Below, piece by piece: positions 42,207-52,099 of a stretch of 64,000 bases of DNA. The notes beneath the pieces were generated by a model. The model saw only the letters and a list, made by a program, of their open reading frames with translations, had not been told where the DNA came from and did no database searches. The position numbers and the translations under genes are program-made. How positions within the stretch are numbered: position 1 is the first letter of the stretch; every line of letters begins with the position of its first letter. Origin of the DNA: Candidatus Borrarchaeum weybense (lineage in GTDB: Archaea; Asgardarchaeota; Sifarchaeia; Borrarchaeales; Borrarchaeaceae); assembly GCA_019057385.1 (NCBI GenBank), contig JAHQJS010000006.1:192001-256000 (forward strand), in the 5' to 3' direction.

Positions 42207-42264
42207 CAAAAGAAAAGAACCTTTTACAAAGAAAGCTTCCGATTTCAGTCGCGGAGAGAGTCAA
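42207..42264 (+). mobile_element. IS200/IS605-type mini-element or right-end relic (TCAA terminus)
   Basis: AAAGAAAG, bulged hairpin CTTCCGAT-TTCA-GTCG(C)GGAG, then AGAGTCAA; TTGAT at 42202-42206 (alternative left boundary after TTAC at 42224-42227). Confidence 0.5.
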
Positions 42265-42284
42265 TGGAATCTCAGAAGCCAACG

Positions 42285-43703
42285 TTATATCATATGAGAT
42301 AAAAATCTAATTAACCACTCCCAGAAGCGAAACCACCACAATGGTATTGAGATTATTTCTTCCGTTAAAGCATCCTCTGGTTCTTGGTCCTCTGGTTCAT
42401 CATTAGTCCCTCCGTTATTTTCTCCATCACTGCCACCATTATTTTCTCCATCACTGCCACCATTATCATTCCCAATATCGTATTCTATATCATCTCCAAC
42501 CGTTGTACCATTTTTATACAGCCATAAATAATCAAAAGTGCTTCCTGAGGAGTCTTTCGCATCAAGGTAAAGAAAATCATCGGTAACATTCATCAAAACA
42601 AAATGGTATGTTTTGTTTCCATGTGCGGTGTATGCTTGTGGATCAACGTCGTATAAAGGTGCGTCCCATGCACCTGTTGTTACGTAAACTGTTCCGTTAA
42701 TTGAAACTATTTCATTATTTCTTAACAATTTTGTTCGATGATAGTGATGAGTGTGCCCCTGAAATACCATACTAACATTATATTGATCAAACAAGGGAAC
42801 CCAATAGCTTTGCAGGTCAGTTCTGTTTCCATGCTTTCCTGAATAATAGACATTATGATGGAAAAAGACCATTGTCCACATAGACTGAGGAGTGTTTTCC
42901 AACTCAGTTTTTAACCAATCTTTTTGAGTGGTTTGAATTTGTGACGAAGACGCATCGCTATTCAAAACGAGCATTCTAACATTACCCCAATCATAATAAT
43001 ACCACTGTTCATTATTTGGCAAGGCAAATTGTTCATAATATTTTGTGCTATTGTTTTCATGGTTTCCCAGTGCTGGAATAATTGGAATGGTGTGACCGTT
43101 AGTTCCGTTCCAATTGTTATTAACATCATCAAACCAAATATCCCATTCAGCTTGATTGTCCCCATCGGTAACCATATCTCCCAAATGAACTACAAAAGAT
43201 GGACTAAACTGCGCCATAGCCTGCGAAATAAGTGTCATATTTCCCCCTAACGCTCTACTGTCAGCTCCCACTACGAAAGCAAAATTAGTTTCGGAAGTAG
43301 GGGCTGTTTTGAACAGTCTCTCTTCACTCCAGTCGCCAACGTCTCCACCACAACGAAAATAGTATACCGTGTCGGGATCAAGGTTATTTATCGAAGCCAT
43401 GTGAATATGACCACTGGCTCCGTCGTATGTGAAATCAACACCCGTTTTAGAGTAAAAGTAATCACTTAGAGGGTCTATTGAAGAACTATGTGAAACCATA
43501 TCATAGACCACATCATTTTCTGAAGATTCGGAATTTGTTTGCCAAGTTATTGTTACCGAAGAGGCAAAACTATTTTCGGATGTTATACGAATTTTTTGAG
43601 GTGGATCGGATCCTTGTGCTTTAGTTAGTCCAATCGAACCGATGTTTAAACAAAATAAGAACATTAAAAAAATCGAAATGAAAAGATATCTCTTTGATCT
43701 CAT
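42285..43703 (-). CDS. Secreted purple acid phosphatase-family metallophosphoesterase with FN3-like N-domain and C-terminal anchor
   Basis: Signal peptide; GADS, HLGDMV, GNHE, HHNVY, GHTHHY motifs; acidic Gly/Asn linker; Trp-rich tail. Confidence 0.85.
   Translation of the reverse strand: MRSKRYLFISIFLMFLFCLNIGSIGLTKAQGSDPPQKIRITSENSFASSVTITWQTNSESSENDVVYDMVSHSSSIDPLSDYFYSKTGVDFTYDGASGHIHMASINNLDPDTVYYFRCGGDVGDWSEERLFKTAPTSETNFAFVVGADSRALGGNMTLISQAMAQFSPSFVVHLGDMVTDGDNQAEWDIWFDDVNNNWNGTNGHTIPIIPALGNHENNSTKYYEQFALPNNEQWYYYDWGNVRMLVLNSDASSSQIQTTQKDWLKTELENTPQSMWTMVFFHHNVYYSGKHGNRTDLQSYWVPLFDQYNVSMVFQGHTHHYHRTKLLRNNEIVSINGTVYVTTGAWDAPLYDVDPQAYTAHGNKTYHFVLMNVTDDFLYLDAKDSSGSTFDYLWLYKNGTTVGDDIEYDIGNDNGGSDGENNGGSDGENNGGTNDEPEDQEPEDALTEEIISIPLWWFRFWEWLIRFLSHMI
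42415..42466. repeat. 24-bp tandem repeat (2.2 copies) encoding the GGSDGENN linker
   Basis: TTATTTTCTCCATCACTGCCACCA x2 plus TTAT. Confidence 0.85.
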
Positions 43704-43846
43704 AATAATCTCCAATTGAATATAAGAGGTGCAATAAGACACACTACAGCTAATTATTTTTAGGTTTCTTTTGTTGAATTTTTAAATCATCTAGATCTAA
43801 GATTCACATTCCTTTAAAGGACAAACAAAAAAGAAGGTTATTAGAA

Positions 43847-44230
43847 ATGAATGGCATATCGCTTATTCTAGAGTTTAAAGAGAACCTCAATAAAAAGGAA
43901 CTAGTAGGAACAAAATGTAGAGCATGTGGTAGCACAAGTGTATATCCTAATTTTCATTGCCGTAAATGCGGAAATACAAGTTTTGAAAAAGTCAAATTTT
44001 CAGGAAAAGGAACGCTTATCACATATACTATACTTCACGCTGTTCCTTCGGGATTCAAAGAGAATTCACCGCTTGTTATTGGTTTAGTAGAATTAGAGGA
44101 GGGGGGAAGAATCTCCGCACAATTAGATGTTTCTGAGGATGAACTCTCGGTTGGCAAAAAACTAGAAGCAATCTTTCAAGAGAGAGATGGAAGAATTTTA
44201 CTAAGATTTAAACTACTTGGAGGCATCTGA
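43847..44230 (+). CDS. DUF35 Zn-ribbon/OB-fold protein
   Basis: CRAC...CRKC, SGKGTLITYT, GLVELEEG. Confidence 0.9.
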   Translation: MNGISLILEFKENLNKKELVGTKCRACGSTSVYPNFHCRKCGNTSFEKVKFSGKGTLITYTILHAVPSGFKENSPLVIGLVELEEGGRISAQLDVSEDELSVGKKLEAIFQERDGRILLRFKLLGGI

Positions 44231-44231
44231 C

Positions 44232-45398
44232 GTGAAAGGAGAGTCTATAGTCGTCACCGGGGTTGGACAAACAAAATATGGTAAATTAAATGGACAATCA
44301 CTTTCATCGCTCATGTATGAAGCCGCATCAAATACTTTATTAGATGCATGTGTTACGCGATCACAAATTGATGCATTAGTTATTTCTAACTTAGCTTCCA
44401 ATCGGTTTAATAATCAGCAAAATTTAACGGCACTTTGCACAGACGTAATTGGGCTTTCTGGAATCCCTGCATTTAGATCAGGAGCCTCCAGTGCATCTGG
44501 TGCTGCAGCAATTCAACAAGCAGTAATGATGGTCAAGTCAGGAATATTCGAAAATGTACTTGTTATTGGAGTAGAATTAATGAATCAAGTGCCAACCGAT
44601 GTATCTACATCCATTCTTGCAAATTCAACTCATCCTTGGGAGCAAGAACAGGGTATAACTATTCCTGCCTTAGCAGCAATGCTTACTAGATTGAATATGC
44701 TTCACAATGGTTTGACAAGAGAACAATTGGCTTTAGTCGCTGTAAAGAACCATAAAAATGCTTTACTTAATCCACTCGCTCATTTTCACCACAAAACGAT
44801 ATCCTTTGAAGATGTAATGAACAGTTCAATTATTGCAGATCCTTTAAGATTGTTTGACTTCTCGCCAAGGAGTGATGGAGCAGCAGCAGTAATTATCAGC
44901 TCAGAAAAATGTGTCAAAAAATCTTGTGAACAACCAATTTACATTAAAGGGATTGGTGCTGCTACAGACATCTTTGCATATATGAACCGAGAAAATTTAA
45001 TGAGTTTAGACGCTACTCGCCTTGCAGCAGACCGTGCGTTCAAAATGTCAGAAAAAACACAAAAGCAGATCGATATACTTGAAGTTCATGATGCGTTTAC
45101 ACCATTAGAACTTGTTAACCTAGAAGATATGGGATTCTTTAAACGAGGATCCGCAGGAAAGGCACTTGAAGACGGCGTAACTGAAAGAAATGGTCAATTA
45201 CCAGTAAACGTATCAGGAGGGCTAAAAGCTAAGGGCCACCCTGTTGGAGCTACAGGTATAGGTCAGGTACTTGAACTCACTTTGCAACTGAGAAATGAAG
45301 CAGGTAAGCGTCAGGTAACTGGAGTCGATACAGGACTTGCTCATGCTATTGGCGGCTTCGGAAATAATGTTTTTGTAACAATTTTAAGTAGATCTTAG
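44232..45398 (+). CDS. Thiolase-family protein (SCP2/archaeal type) lacking the nucleophilic Cys
   Basis: KNHKNA, SDGAAA, EVHDAF, NVSGGLKAKGHPVGATG; GASSASG in place of the usual AACASG. Confidence 0.85.
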   Translation: MKGESIVVTGVGQTKYGKLNGQSLSSLMYEAASNTLLDACVTRSQIDALVISNLASNRFNNQQNLTALCTDVIGLSGIPAFRSGASSASGAAAIQQAVMMVKSGIFENVLVIGVELMNQVPTDVSTSILANSTHPWEQEQGITIPALAAMLTRLNMLHNGLTREQLALVAVKNHKNALLNPLAHFHHKTISFEDVMNSSIIADPLRLFDFSPRSDGAAAVIISSEKCVKKSCEQPIYIKGIGAATDIFAYMNRENLMSLDATRLAADRAFKMSEKTQKQIDILEVHDAFTPLELVNLEDMGFFKRGSAGKALEDGVTERNGQLPVNVSGGLKAKGHPVGATGIGQVLELTLQLRNEAGKRQVTGVDTGLAHAIGGFGNNVFVTILSRS

Positions 45399-45420
45399 TT
45401 TCTCATAACTTAGTCAATGA

Positions 45421-46212
45421 CTACTTGCTCTTGTTAGCCAATGAAATGACCATTAAGTCTTCTCCGATGATTACTTCTCCAGTGTAAGATTCTTTGATAC
45501 TTTTAACAATTTGTTCTTCCTTTCCTTCACAGGCGGGGTACATATGTGTAATAACAAGAGTTTTTACTCCCGCCTCTTCAACTTCTATTCCAAGTGGTTT
45601 TGGCTTTGTATGATCTTTTTTCTCATAATTGTAGTCATCCGGAAATGAAACTTCATGGATTAAAAGATCTGCATTTTTGGCGAAAGTCGATAAGCCTTTC
45701 ACAGGGCTGAATGTATCTCCACAAATTACTACTTTATTTTCTTCGGTTTCTACTTTATATGCAAAGCTTGAGACTCCATGTGTCAAGGGAAAACACGATA
45801 TGCTCCAACGATCGTTCTTTACGACTGGTCCTGGTTTAACGTCTGTAACACTGAGAGGGATAACCCCTTCTAAATATGGGTATGCTTTTGAAAAAAACAG
45901 TTCGCACATTTGCTTAGTACCATGCGGTCCGTATACATTTAAGGTGTTTTGTCTGCCCTGCAGCCAATTAGCTTTCACTAAAATTCCAAGATCAGAAGTA
46001 TGGTCAAGATGAAGATGTGTAATTAAGATATTATCAATTTTTGAAAAATCAACGTCTGCTTTCGCAATTTGCCTAAGGATTCCGTTTCCACAATCAAATA
46101 AGAATAAGGTGCCGTCGTCAAGATTGACTAACACTCCAGGTGCATTACGATCTTTTGAAGGGATAGTTACTCCCGTTCCCAACAAAATTACTTTACTAAT
46201 TCTGTGTCCCAT
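45421..46212 (-). CDS. MBL-fold metallo-hydrolase (RNase Z/AtsA-like)
   Basis: LGTG, DCGNG, THLHLDH, GDT, LIHE, H...TH. Confidence 0.85.
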   Translation of the reverse strand: MGHRISKVILLGTGVTIPSKDRNAPGVLVNLDDGTLFLFDCGNGILRQIAKADVDFSKIDNILITHLHLDHTSDLGILVKANWLQGRQNTLNVYGPHGTKQMCELFFSKAYPYLEGVIPLSVTDVKPGPVVKNDRWSISCFPLTHGVSSFAYKVETEENKVVICGDTFSPVKGLSTFAKNADLLIHEVSFPDDYNYEKKDHTKPKPLGIEVEEAGVKTLVITHMYPACEGKEEQIVKSIKESYTGEVIIGEDLMVISLANKSK

Positions 46213-46358
46213 CCAAACATCCTCCTTTTCTGCTTATTATAGAACTATAAGAATCATAGATGGTCGTGATCATAAATCTCAAAAATACCTTAGAGTTAGT
46301 TTATACTTGTAACTCTCATTTAAACATCGTGTTTATTATTTTGTGAGATGAGGCTTGA

Positions 46359-47465
46359 TTGAAAGGACTTATTCCAGCTGCAGGATTAGGTAGACGAATG
46401 TTCCCTCTTACATTGACACGCCCAAAAACGCTTCTTTCTATTCTCGGAAAGCCAATACTTCATTACGTCTTGCAGGTTTTTAACAGAATAGGTATCAAAG
46501 AAATAGGTATTATCGTAAATGCTACTCATCGAAAATCAATCGAGTCATATGTTTCCAGTCACTACGAACATATGATAAACTTCATTGAACAAAACAAGGC
46601 CTTAGGTTTAGCTAATGCAATCTTAACTGCAAGGGATTTTATAAACAATGAATCTTGCCTTATAATTAATGGGGATGCAATTTTAGAAGGAAATTGGCAA
46701 GATTTAATAAACTCTCATCACCGTATGAGCGCTAAAACAACTTTAGGTCTTTGTAAGATACCTCGACCAGAGCGGTTTGGAGTAGTGCAATTGAAGGGGA
46801 ATCGTGTAATAAAAGTGATTGAAAAACCAGAAATACCTTTTAGCCCTTTAGCATCCGCAAGTACTTATTTGATAGAGCCTATTGTTCTAAACTTTATAGA
46901 GCGAATCCAAACTGGGAAAAGGGGTGAGTATGATTTCGCCGATGCGATACAGTTACTGATCAGAGAGAATGAATCTGTCATAGGCTACGAATTGGATAAC
47001 TGGATTGATTTAGGTCGCCCATGGGACTATTTAGATGCTAATTTATACTTTCTTCAGAGAGTATCTCAAGATGTAGACGACTCAGTAATGATCGGGACAG
47101 GCACAGAAATTCAAAACTCATTTATCGATAGAGCTTGTGAAATTGCTGAAAATTGTAGAATTCTCCATAGTTCTGTTGATAAGAATGTCACTATTGGTAG
47201 AAGTTCTGTTATAGAACGAAGTGTAGTATTAGCGTCTACAACAATTGGTGAAAATGTTATTATCAAGAACAGTGTAATTGGTGAAAATTGCATTATTGGA
47301 AATTCTGTGAGATTTTTAGATAAAAAAAACGATAATCAAGAGATTCATACAAGTTTTGAGGGGAAATTAGTAAATACACATCGAACTTGTCTTGGATCCA
47401 TTCTTGCAGACAATGTTACTATTAATGAAAACCAAGTGATTCCTCCTGGCTCAATTTTTGGTTAA
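46359..47465 (+). CDS. Sugar-1-phosphate nucleotidylyltransferase (Glc-1-P thymidylyltransferase-like) with hexapeptide repeats
   Basis: PAAGLGRRMFPLT...PK, GLANAI, EKP, RGEYDFAD, WIDLGRPWD. Confidence 0.85.
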   Translation: MKGLIPAAGLGRRMFPLTLTRPKTLLSILGKPILHYVLQVFNRIGIKEIGIIVNATHRKSIESYVSSHYEHMINFIEQNKALGLANAILTARDFINNESCLIINGDAILEGNWQDLINSHHRMSAKTTLGLCKIPRPERFGVVQLKGNRVIKVIEKPEIPFSPLASASTYLIEPIVLNFIERIQTGKRGEYDFADAIQLLIRENESVIGYELDNWIDLGRPWDYLDANLYFLQRVSQDVDDSVMIGTGTEIQNSFIDRACEIAENCRILHSSVDKNVTIGRSSVIERSVVLASTTIGENVIIKNSVIGENCIIGNSVRFLDKKNDNQEIHTSFEGKLVNTHRTCLGSILADNVTINENQVIPPGSIFG

Positions 47466-47487
47466 GTTAAAAATCATACCTAGGATT

Positions 47488-48891
47488 CTACTTTATCGAT
47501 TCTTTGAATTTCTTGTAGACATATAGTGCCTTTAGTGCTCTAACGCTTTCAGATAGGGTTAGAAAAACAGGAATCCTATGATCTTCAAATCTATCTCGCC
47601 ACTTGCTGATTATTCTTGGATCTCCGAAAAGCCAGACAACCATAGGTTTTCTATTATTTACCTGCATGTTGATTATCATGTCGATATCTATTTGCTCCAA
47701 CTCTTTCAAAGCCATTAGTATGAACAGAATACAGTCAACTGATTTATCATCAATAACAGATTGTAACACTAGACCATGAACTTCATTTAATCCATGTTTT
47801 GCCACTGATATGGCTGGCCAAATATCTATCGGGTTCGCAGGTGGCATCCATTCCGGAAAAACTTCTGATAATTTACTTACGGTCGTGGGTGAAAGACTTA
47901 CTACATTTAGTCCTTGTTGGGCGCATTGATCTGCCGATAACACACCACCACCGCCGGAAGCTGTGAAAATAGCAACTCTATTTCCATTAGGTAACTCAAG
48001 CCAATCTAATGCTTTAGAAAAACCAATCAAATCTTCCAGAGTTTCAGCCTGAAGAATTCCTATTTGTTTAAACGCTGCTTCTACGACTTCACCCCGTCCT
48101 GCAATTGAAGCCGTATGTGAGAGTGCTGCTTTAGCTCCTGCGTCAGATCTTCCTCCTTTAAGAATAATTATGGGTTTCTTTTTTGTGACATCTTTTGCGA
48201 CTTGGATTAGTCTACGTCCATCTGCAATCCCTTCAAGATAAAGAGCAATAACTTGAGTATCAGGATCTTCCGCATAATATTCTATAAGATCTACTTCGTC
48301 TACATCAGCTTTGTTTCCAAAACAAGCAACTTTTGAAATCCCCAAATTCTGTGATATGAATTCGGGAATGAGGGTACCAGCGAACATACCTGTTTGTGCT
48401 ACTACAGAAACTCCACCCTTCGTGATTTCCGAAACCTCAACAAATGTAGTTATGAGATTATTGTTGGCATTAATTATACCAGTGCAGTTAGGTCCTATAA
48501 TTCGAATTCCTGCAGATTTGGCAATTCTTACGACTTCTTCTTGAAGCGCAATTCCTTCGGGTCCAACTTCAGCAAAACCAGCTGATTCTATAATAACAGC
48601 TTTGACATTTTTCTCGGCGGCATCTTTCATGATGGTAGGTAATGTCCTTGCAGGTGTTAAGACAACGACGAGATCTACTTTATCAGGTATTTCTTTCAAA
48701 CTAGGGTACGCTTTTAGATCAAGAACTTTGTCTGCACCCGGATTGATGGGATAAACTCGTTCAACGAACTTTGAATCCCATCTTTTTAAGTTTCCTACAA
48801 TTATTGAGCCACCTTTGCTAGGATCACGAGACGCACCAACGACTGCAACGCTTTGCGGTTCAAAAAAAGGTTTCAAACTTTCTGTAGTCAT
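47488..48891 (-). CDS. ADP-forming acyl-CoA synthetase (ACD) alpha subunit
   Basis: VAVVGAS, IIGPNC, GNKADVDE, SHTAS phospho-His, GGGGV, NPIDI. Confidence 0.88.
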   Translation of the reverse strand: MTTESLKPFFEPQSVAVVGASRDPSKGGSIIVGNLKRWDSKFVERVYPINPGADKVLDLKAYPSLKEIPDKVDLVVVLTPARTLPTIMKDAAEKNVKAVIIESAGFAEVGPEGIALQEEVVRIAKSAGIRIIGPNCTGIINANNNLITTFVEVSEITKGGVSVVAQTGMFAGTLIPEFISQNLGISKVACFGNKADVDEVDLIEYYAEDPDTQVIALYLEGIADGRRLIQVAKDVTKKKPIIILKGGRSDAGAKAALSHTASIAGRGEVVEAAFKQIGILQAETLEDLIGFSKALDWLELPNGNRVAIFTASGGGGVLSADQCAQQGLNVVSLSPTTVSKLSEVFPEWMPPANPIDIWPAISVAKHGLNEVHGLVLQSVIDDKSVDCILFILMALKELEQIDIDMIINMQVNNRKPMVVWLFGDPRIISKWRDRFEDHRIPVFLTLSESVRALKALYVYKKFKESIK

Positions 48892-49044
48892 TGAAAATCC
48901 CCGATAATTGTGCCTAGACTTTTTTCATATTTAAATCTCTCTTCTGATTTCAAATCAAGAGTCAAAGTTTAGTTATGAAGAAGCATTCTTTTAGAACATA
49001 CTTTATATGTTCTTCTCCAAAAGCATCTTCAACTTGAAGGCAAC

Positions 49045-49356
49045 TCATGTTTCTTTTATTAGGTTATATTCCTCTTCAGACATCCCGAAAGTCCAGGCAA
49101 TTGCCTCTTTACAAGTTTTGGCTGATAATGGAACTCGTAATATATAGAAATCTCCCGTTGATGGATCTTTCACCTTAACCAATTTTAAAGCTTCTTCGTA
49201 ATCGCCCCATTTTATTAAGAGTAATTCAGAGTCTCCATCCCGATGAACAACAGTTCCCTTCAATTCCATAACAAATCTTTCATAACTAAAGCGCATTAGT
49301 AGAATTCTTCTGATTTCAGCATTTCTACAGCGTATTATAACATTTTGAAGTTTGTA
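49045..49356 (-). pseudogene. DUF6745-like domain fragment (5'-truncated)
   Basis: Frame extends upstream of the ATG as ...RCRNAEIRRILLMRFSYERF...VKVKDPSTGDFYILRVP...EAIAWTFGM...ET; no proper start before an upstream stop. Confidence 0.6.
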
Positions 49357-49659
49357 TTCGACTTTAATAATAGCTGTTGCGAATCCATTTGAAAATAAAA
49401 AATAGTATAAAAAACAGTCTAATGTTTAGACATATTTGGTTCCATTTCTTAAAGGAAACGGAGAGGCGGGGAAGTTAGTTCGTTTTATTCCTTTAGGTTA
49501 TTTTCCTGTTTTCTAGATGTTTCCCTCTTTCTGGATGTAGTTAGGTCCGTATTCTCTTTTAGAGGAAGCAAACCAGTATATACTTGCACTAACTCGAAGA
49601 ACTATTGTTTTCAATGCTTATTACTTTCAGATCTTTATCACGTTTTTCTTGATTTCGCC

Positions 49660-49854
49660 TTAAGTACCTTCCATCTCACTTATCATCTCTTCATTTAACT
49701 TAACGGACTCCTTCAATGCTTTAACGCTTTCTTTCAGTAACTTGGCTTCATCCGGATTATTCTTTTTGGCTATAGCGAGCTGTTTTTTCATTTGAGCAAG
49801 TTCTGCATTCATTTGAGCAAGTTCTGCTCTCATTTGATCCATCCCACTCTGCAT
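49660..49854 (-). CDS. Small coiled-coil protein with heptad duplication
   Basis: GGGGGTGA SD; MRAELAQ/MNAELAQ repeat. Confidence 0.55.
   Translation of the reverse strand: MQSGMDQMRAELAQMNAELAQMKKQLAIAKKNNPDEAKLLKESVKALKESVKLNEEMISEMEGT
49788..49837. repeat. 21-bp tandem repeat (about 2.4 copies)
   Basis: TCATTTGAGCAAGTTCTGC-NN x2 plus TCATTTGA. Confidence 0.8.
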
Positions 49855-50198
49855 ATCATATTCACCCCCTTATCAGGTTTTATCTAGACTCTACCTGTTG
49901 TATCGAAAACTAGCGTTGAGTAATAGTTTCTTAGATTTAATAGTATTGTTTGATCTACTGAATTAAAAAACATTTGGTTGTATGCAAATATTCACTTTTT
50001 CTTCGTGTATAGTACTATATACTCCCAATCCAATGAAAACCAATTAAATTCTCTATCTTCCTTTTTTAACTTGTGATCTGTAAATTAAAACAGGTGTTGA
50101 GGAACTTTTTTTCAACTTGTTTAGTATTTTTACATGTTCACTCAACTTGATCTTTTTCTAATTGAATTTGGTGTAACTTCTCATCAATTCTTACTCGA

Positions 50199-51935
50199 TT
50201 AAGCAGTTTTGATTTTAGCCACTTCTTCAAGCCCCAATTCTTTGGTATATTGCTCGCGCATTATGTATTTTTGGACTTTCCCCGTCACGGTCATAGGAAA
50301 TAAGTCAACGAACTTGATGTATTTGGGTATTTTGAAGTAAGCGATTTCGCCCTTACAGAACTCACGAATTTCTTCTGCTGTGGCGGACTTCCCTTCCTTT
50401 AATTGTATCCAAGCGGCTACTTCTTCCCCAAATTTCTCACTAGGAACTCCTATAACTTGGACATCTTTGATGGCAGGATGGCGGTACAGAAATTCTTCTA
50501 ATTCGCGTGGATAAATGTTTTCACCCCCACGAATAATCATATCGGTCAATCTACCTGTGATATTGCAGTAGCCTTGCTCATTCATTGCTGCAATGTCACC
50601 TGTGTGAATCCAGCCTATCTCATCTATGGCGTTATTAGTAGCTTCTGGGCTTTTATAATAGCCATGACGCATCACAAGATAACCTCTGGTGCAAAGTTCA
50701 CCTGGAGTTCCCACAGGAACTATCTTGCCTGTTTCTGAGTTAATGATTTTTACTTCAACATGAGGCAAAGGTTTGCCAACTGTTTCTGTCCTTAATTCTA
50801 ATGAATCATAGGGTGTAGTCTGGGTAATGACTGGGGAAGTTTCTGTTTGTCCATACGCTATCGTGATTTCATTGGCGTTCATTAAATTGTTTACTTTCTT
50901 CATAACTTCAACAGGACAAGGCGATCCAGCCATAATTCCTGTTCGTAAAGTAGAGAAATCATATTTGCTGAAGTCTGGATATGAAAGTAAAGCGATCCAC
51001 ATAGTCGGAACACCATGACAAGCTGTCGCCTTCTCTTCTTGGATGCAATCTAAGACTTCTATGGGATTAAATGACTCCCCAGGGATGAGCATTGTTGCGC
51101 CGTGACTGACACATACGAGATTGCCTAGAACCATGCCGAAACAGTGGTAAAAAGGTACAGGGATACAAAGTCTATCCTGATCAGTGAATTTCATTGCTCT
51201 GGCGATAAAATAACCGTTATTGAGAATATTGTGATGCGAAAGTGTAACCCCCTTTGGAAATCCTGTCGTTCCACTCGTATATTGAATATTTATAGGATCA
51301 TCAAACTCTAAACTCTCTTCCCTATTTGCAAGTTCTTCATCAGAAATTTCATCGCCCATTGCCATTAACTCGTCCCATGTAAGCATTCCTGGTAGTTTTT
51401 CCTTTCCGATAAATATCGCAGTTTTTAAGAAGGGAAATTCTTTTGATTTAATGTCGCCAGGAGCATCAGTTTTTGCCTCTGGGCAGACCTCATAGAACAT
51501 TTCCACATATTTTGAAGTTTTAAATTCTCGAATAAGCAATAAGGTTTGTGTTTCAGATTGTTTCAATGCAAATCGAAGTTCACGAGGCCTATAGGCTGGA
51601 TTGATGTTCACGAGGATGGCACCAATCAATGCGGTAGCAAATTGTGTTATTACCCACTGGGAATTGTTTGTGGACCAGATCGCCACACGATCGCCCTTCT
51701 GAACGCCTAATTTCATAAAGCCCTTTGCTGCTTGGCGACAAACCTCGTAAAATTCTTTGTAAGTATATCTTAGGATTTCACCACTGGCGTCTCGTTCATG
51801 TCTGCATACGAGGGCATCATTATTTGGATATTTCCCAGTTATTTCGGCGAGAAATTCTCCAATAGTTTTTCCAATCAATCCAGTATCTGAACATTCAGAA
51901 TAATAACTCATGGTTAACTTCTCTTTTTCTAACAT
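50199..51935 (-). CDS. AMP-forming acyl-CoA synthetase (ACSF2-like)
   Basis: YTSGTTGFPKG, YGQTETSP, TGD, RGGENIYP, TGKVQK. Confidence 0.92.
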   Translation of the reverse strand: MLEKEKLTMSYYSECSDTGLIGKTIGEFLAEITGKYPNNDALVCRHERDASGEILRYTYKEFYEVCRQAAKGFMKLGVQKGDRVAIWSTNNSQWVITQFATALIGAILVNINPAYRPRELRFALKQSETQTLLLIREFKTSKYVEMFYEVCPEAKTDAPGDIKSKEFPFLKTAIFIGKEKLPGMLTWDELMAMGDEISDEELANREESLEFDDPINIQYTSGTTGFPKGVTLSHHNILNNGYFIARAMKFTDQDRLCIPVPFYHCFGMVLGNLVCVSHGATMLIPGESFNPIEVLDCIQEEKATACHGVPTMWIALLSYPDFSKYDFSTLRTGIMAGSPCPVEVMKKVNNLMNANEITIAYGQTETSPVITQTTPYDSLELRTETVGKPLPHVEVKIINSETGKIVPVGTPGELCTRGYLVMRHGYYKSPEATNNAIDEIGWIHTGDIAAMNEQGYCNITGRLTDMIIRGGENIYPRELEEFLYRHPAIKDVQVIGVPSEKFGEEVAAWIQLKEGKSATAEEIREFCKGEIAYFKIPKYIKFVDLFPMTVTGKVQKYIMREQYTKELGLEEVAKIKTA

Positions 51936-52099
51936 TTCTTACACCCCAAAGTGATATGCGCTAAAATAATCGCTTTTAATAGGTGAAATTTAGTAATTTT
52001 GAACAATTTCTGATATTAGTACTTTATTTTTTTATGAGCAAAGTATATTGCCCACGATTATTCGAAAGAGTTATCTCTAATCTAACTGTACATTAACGA

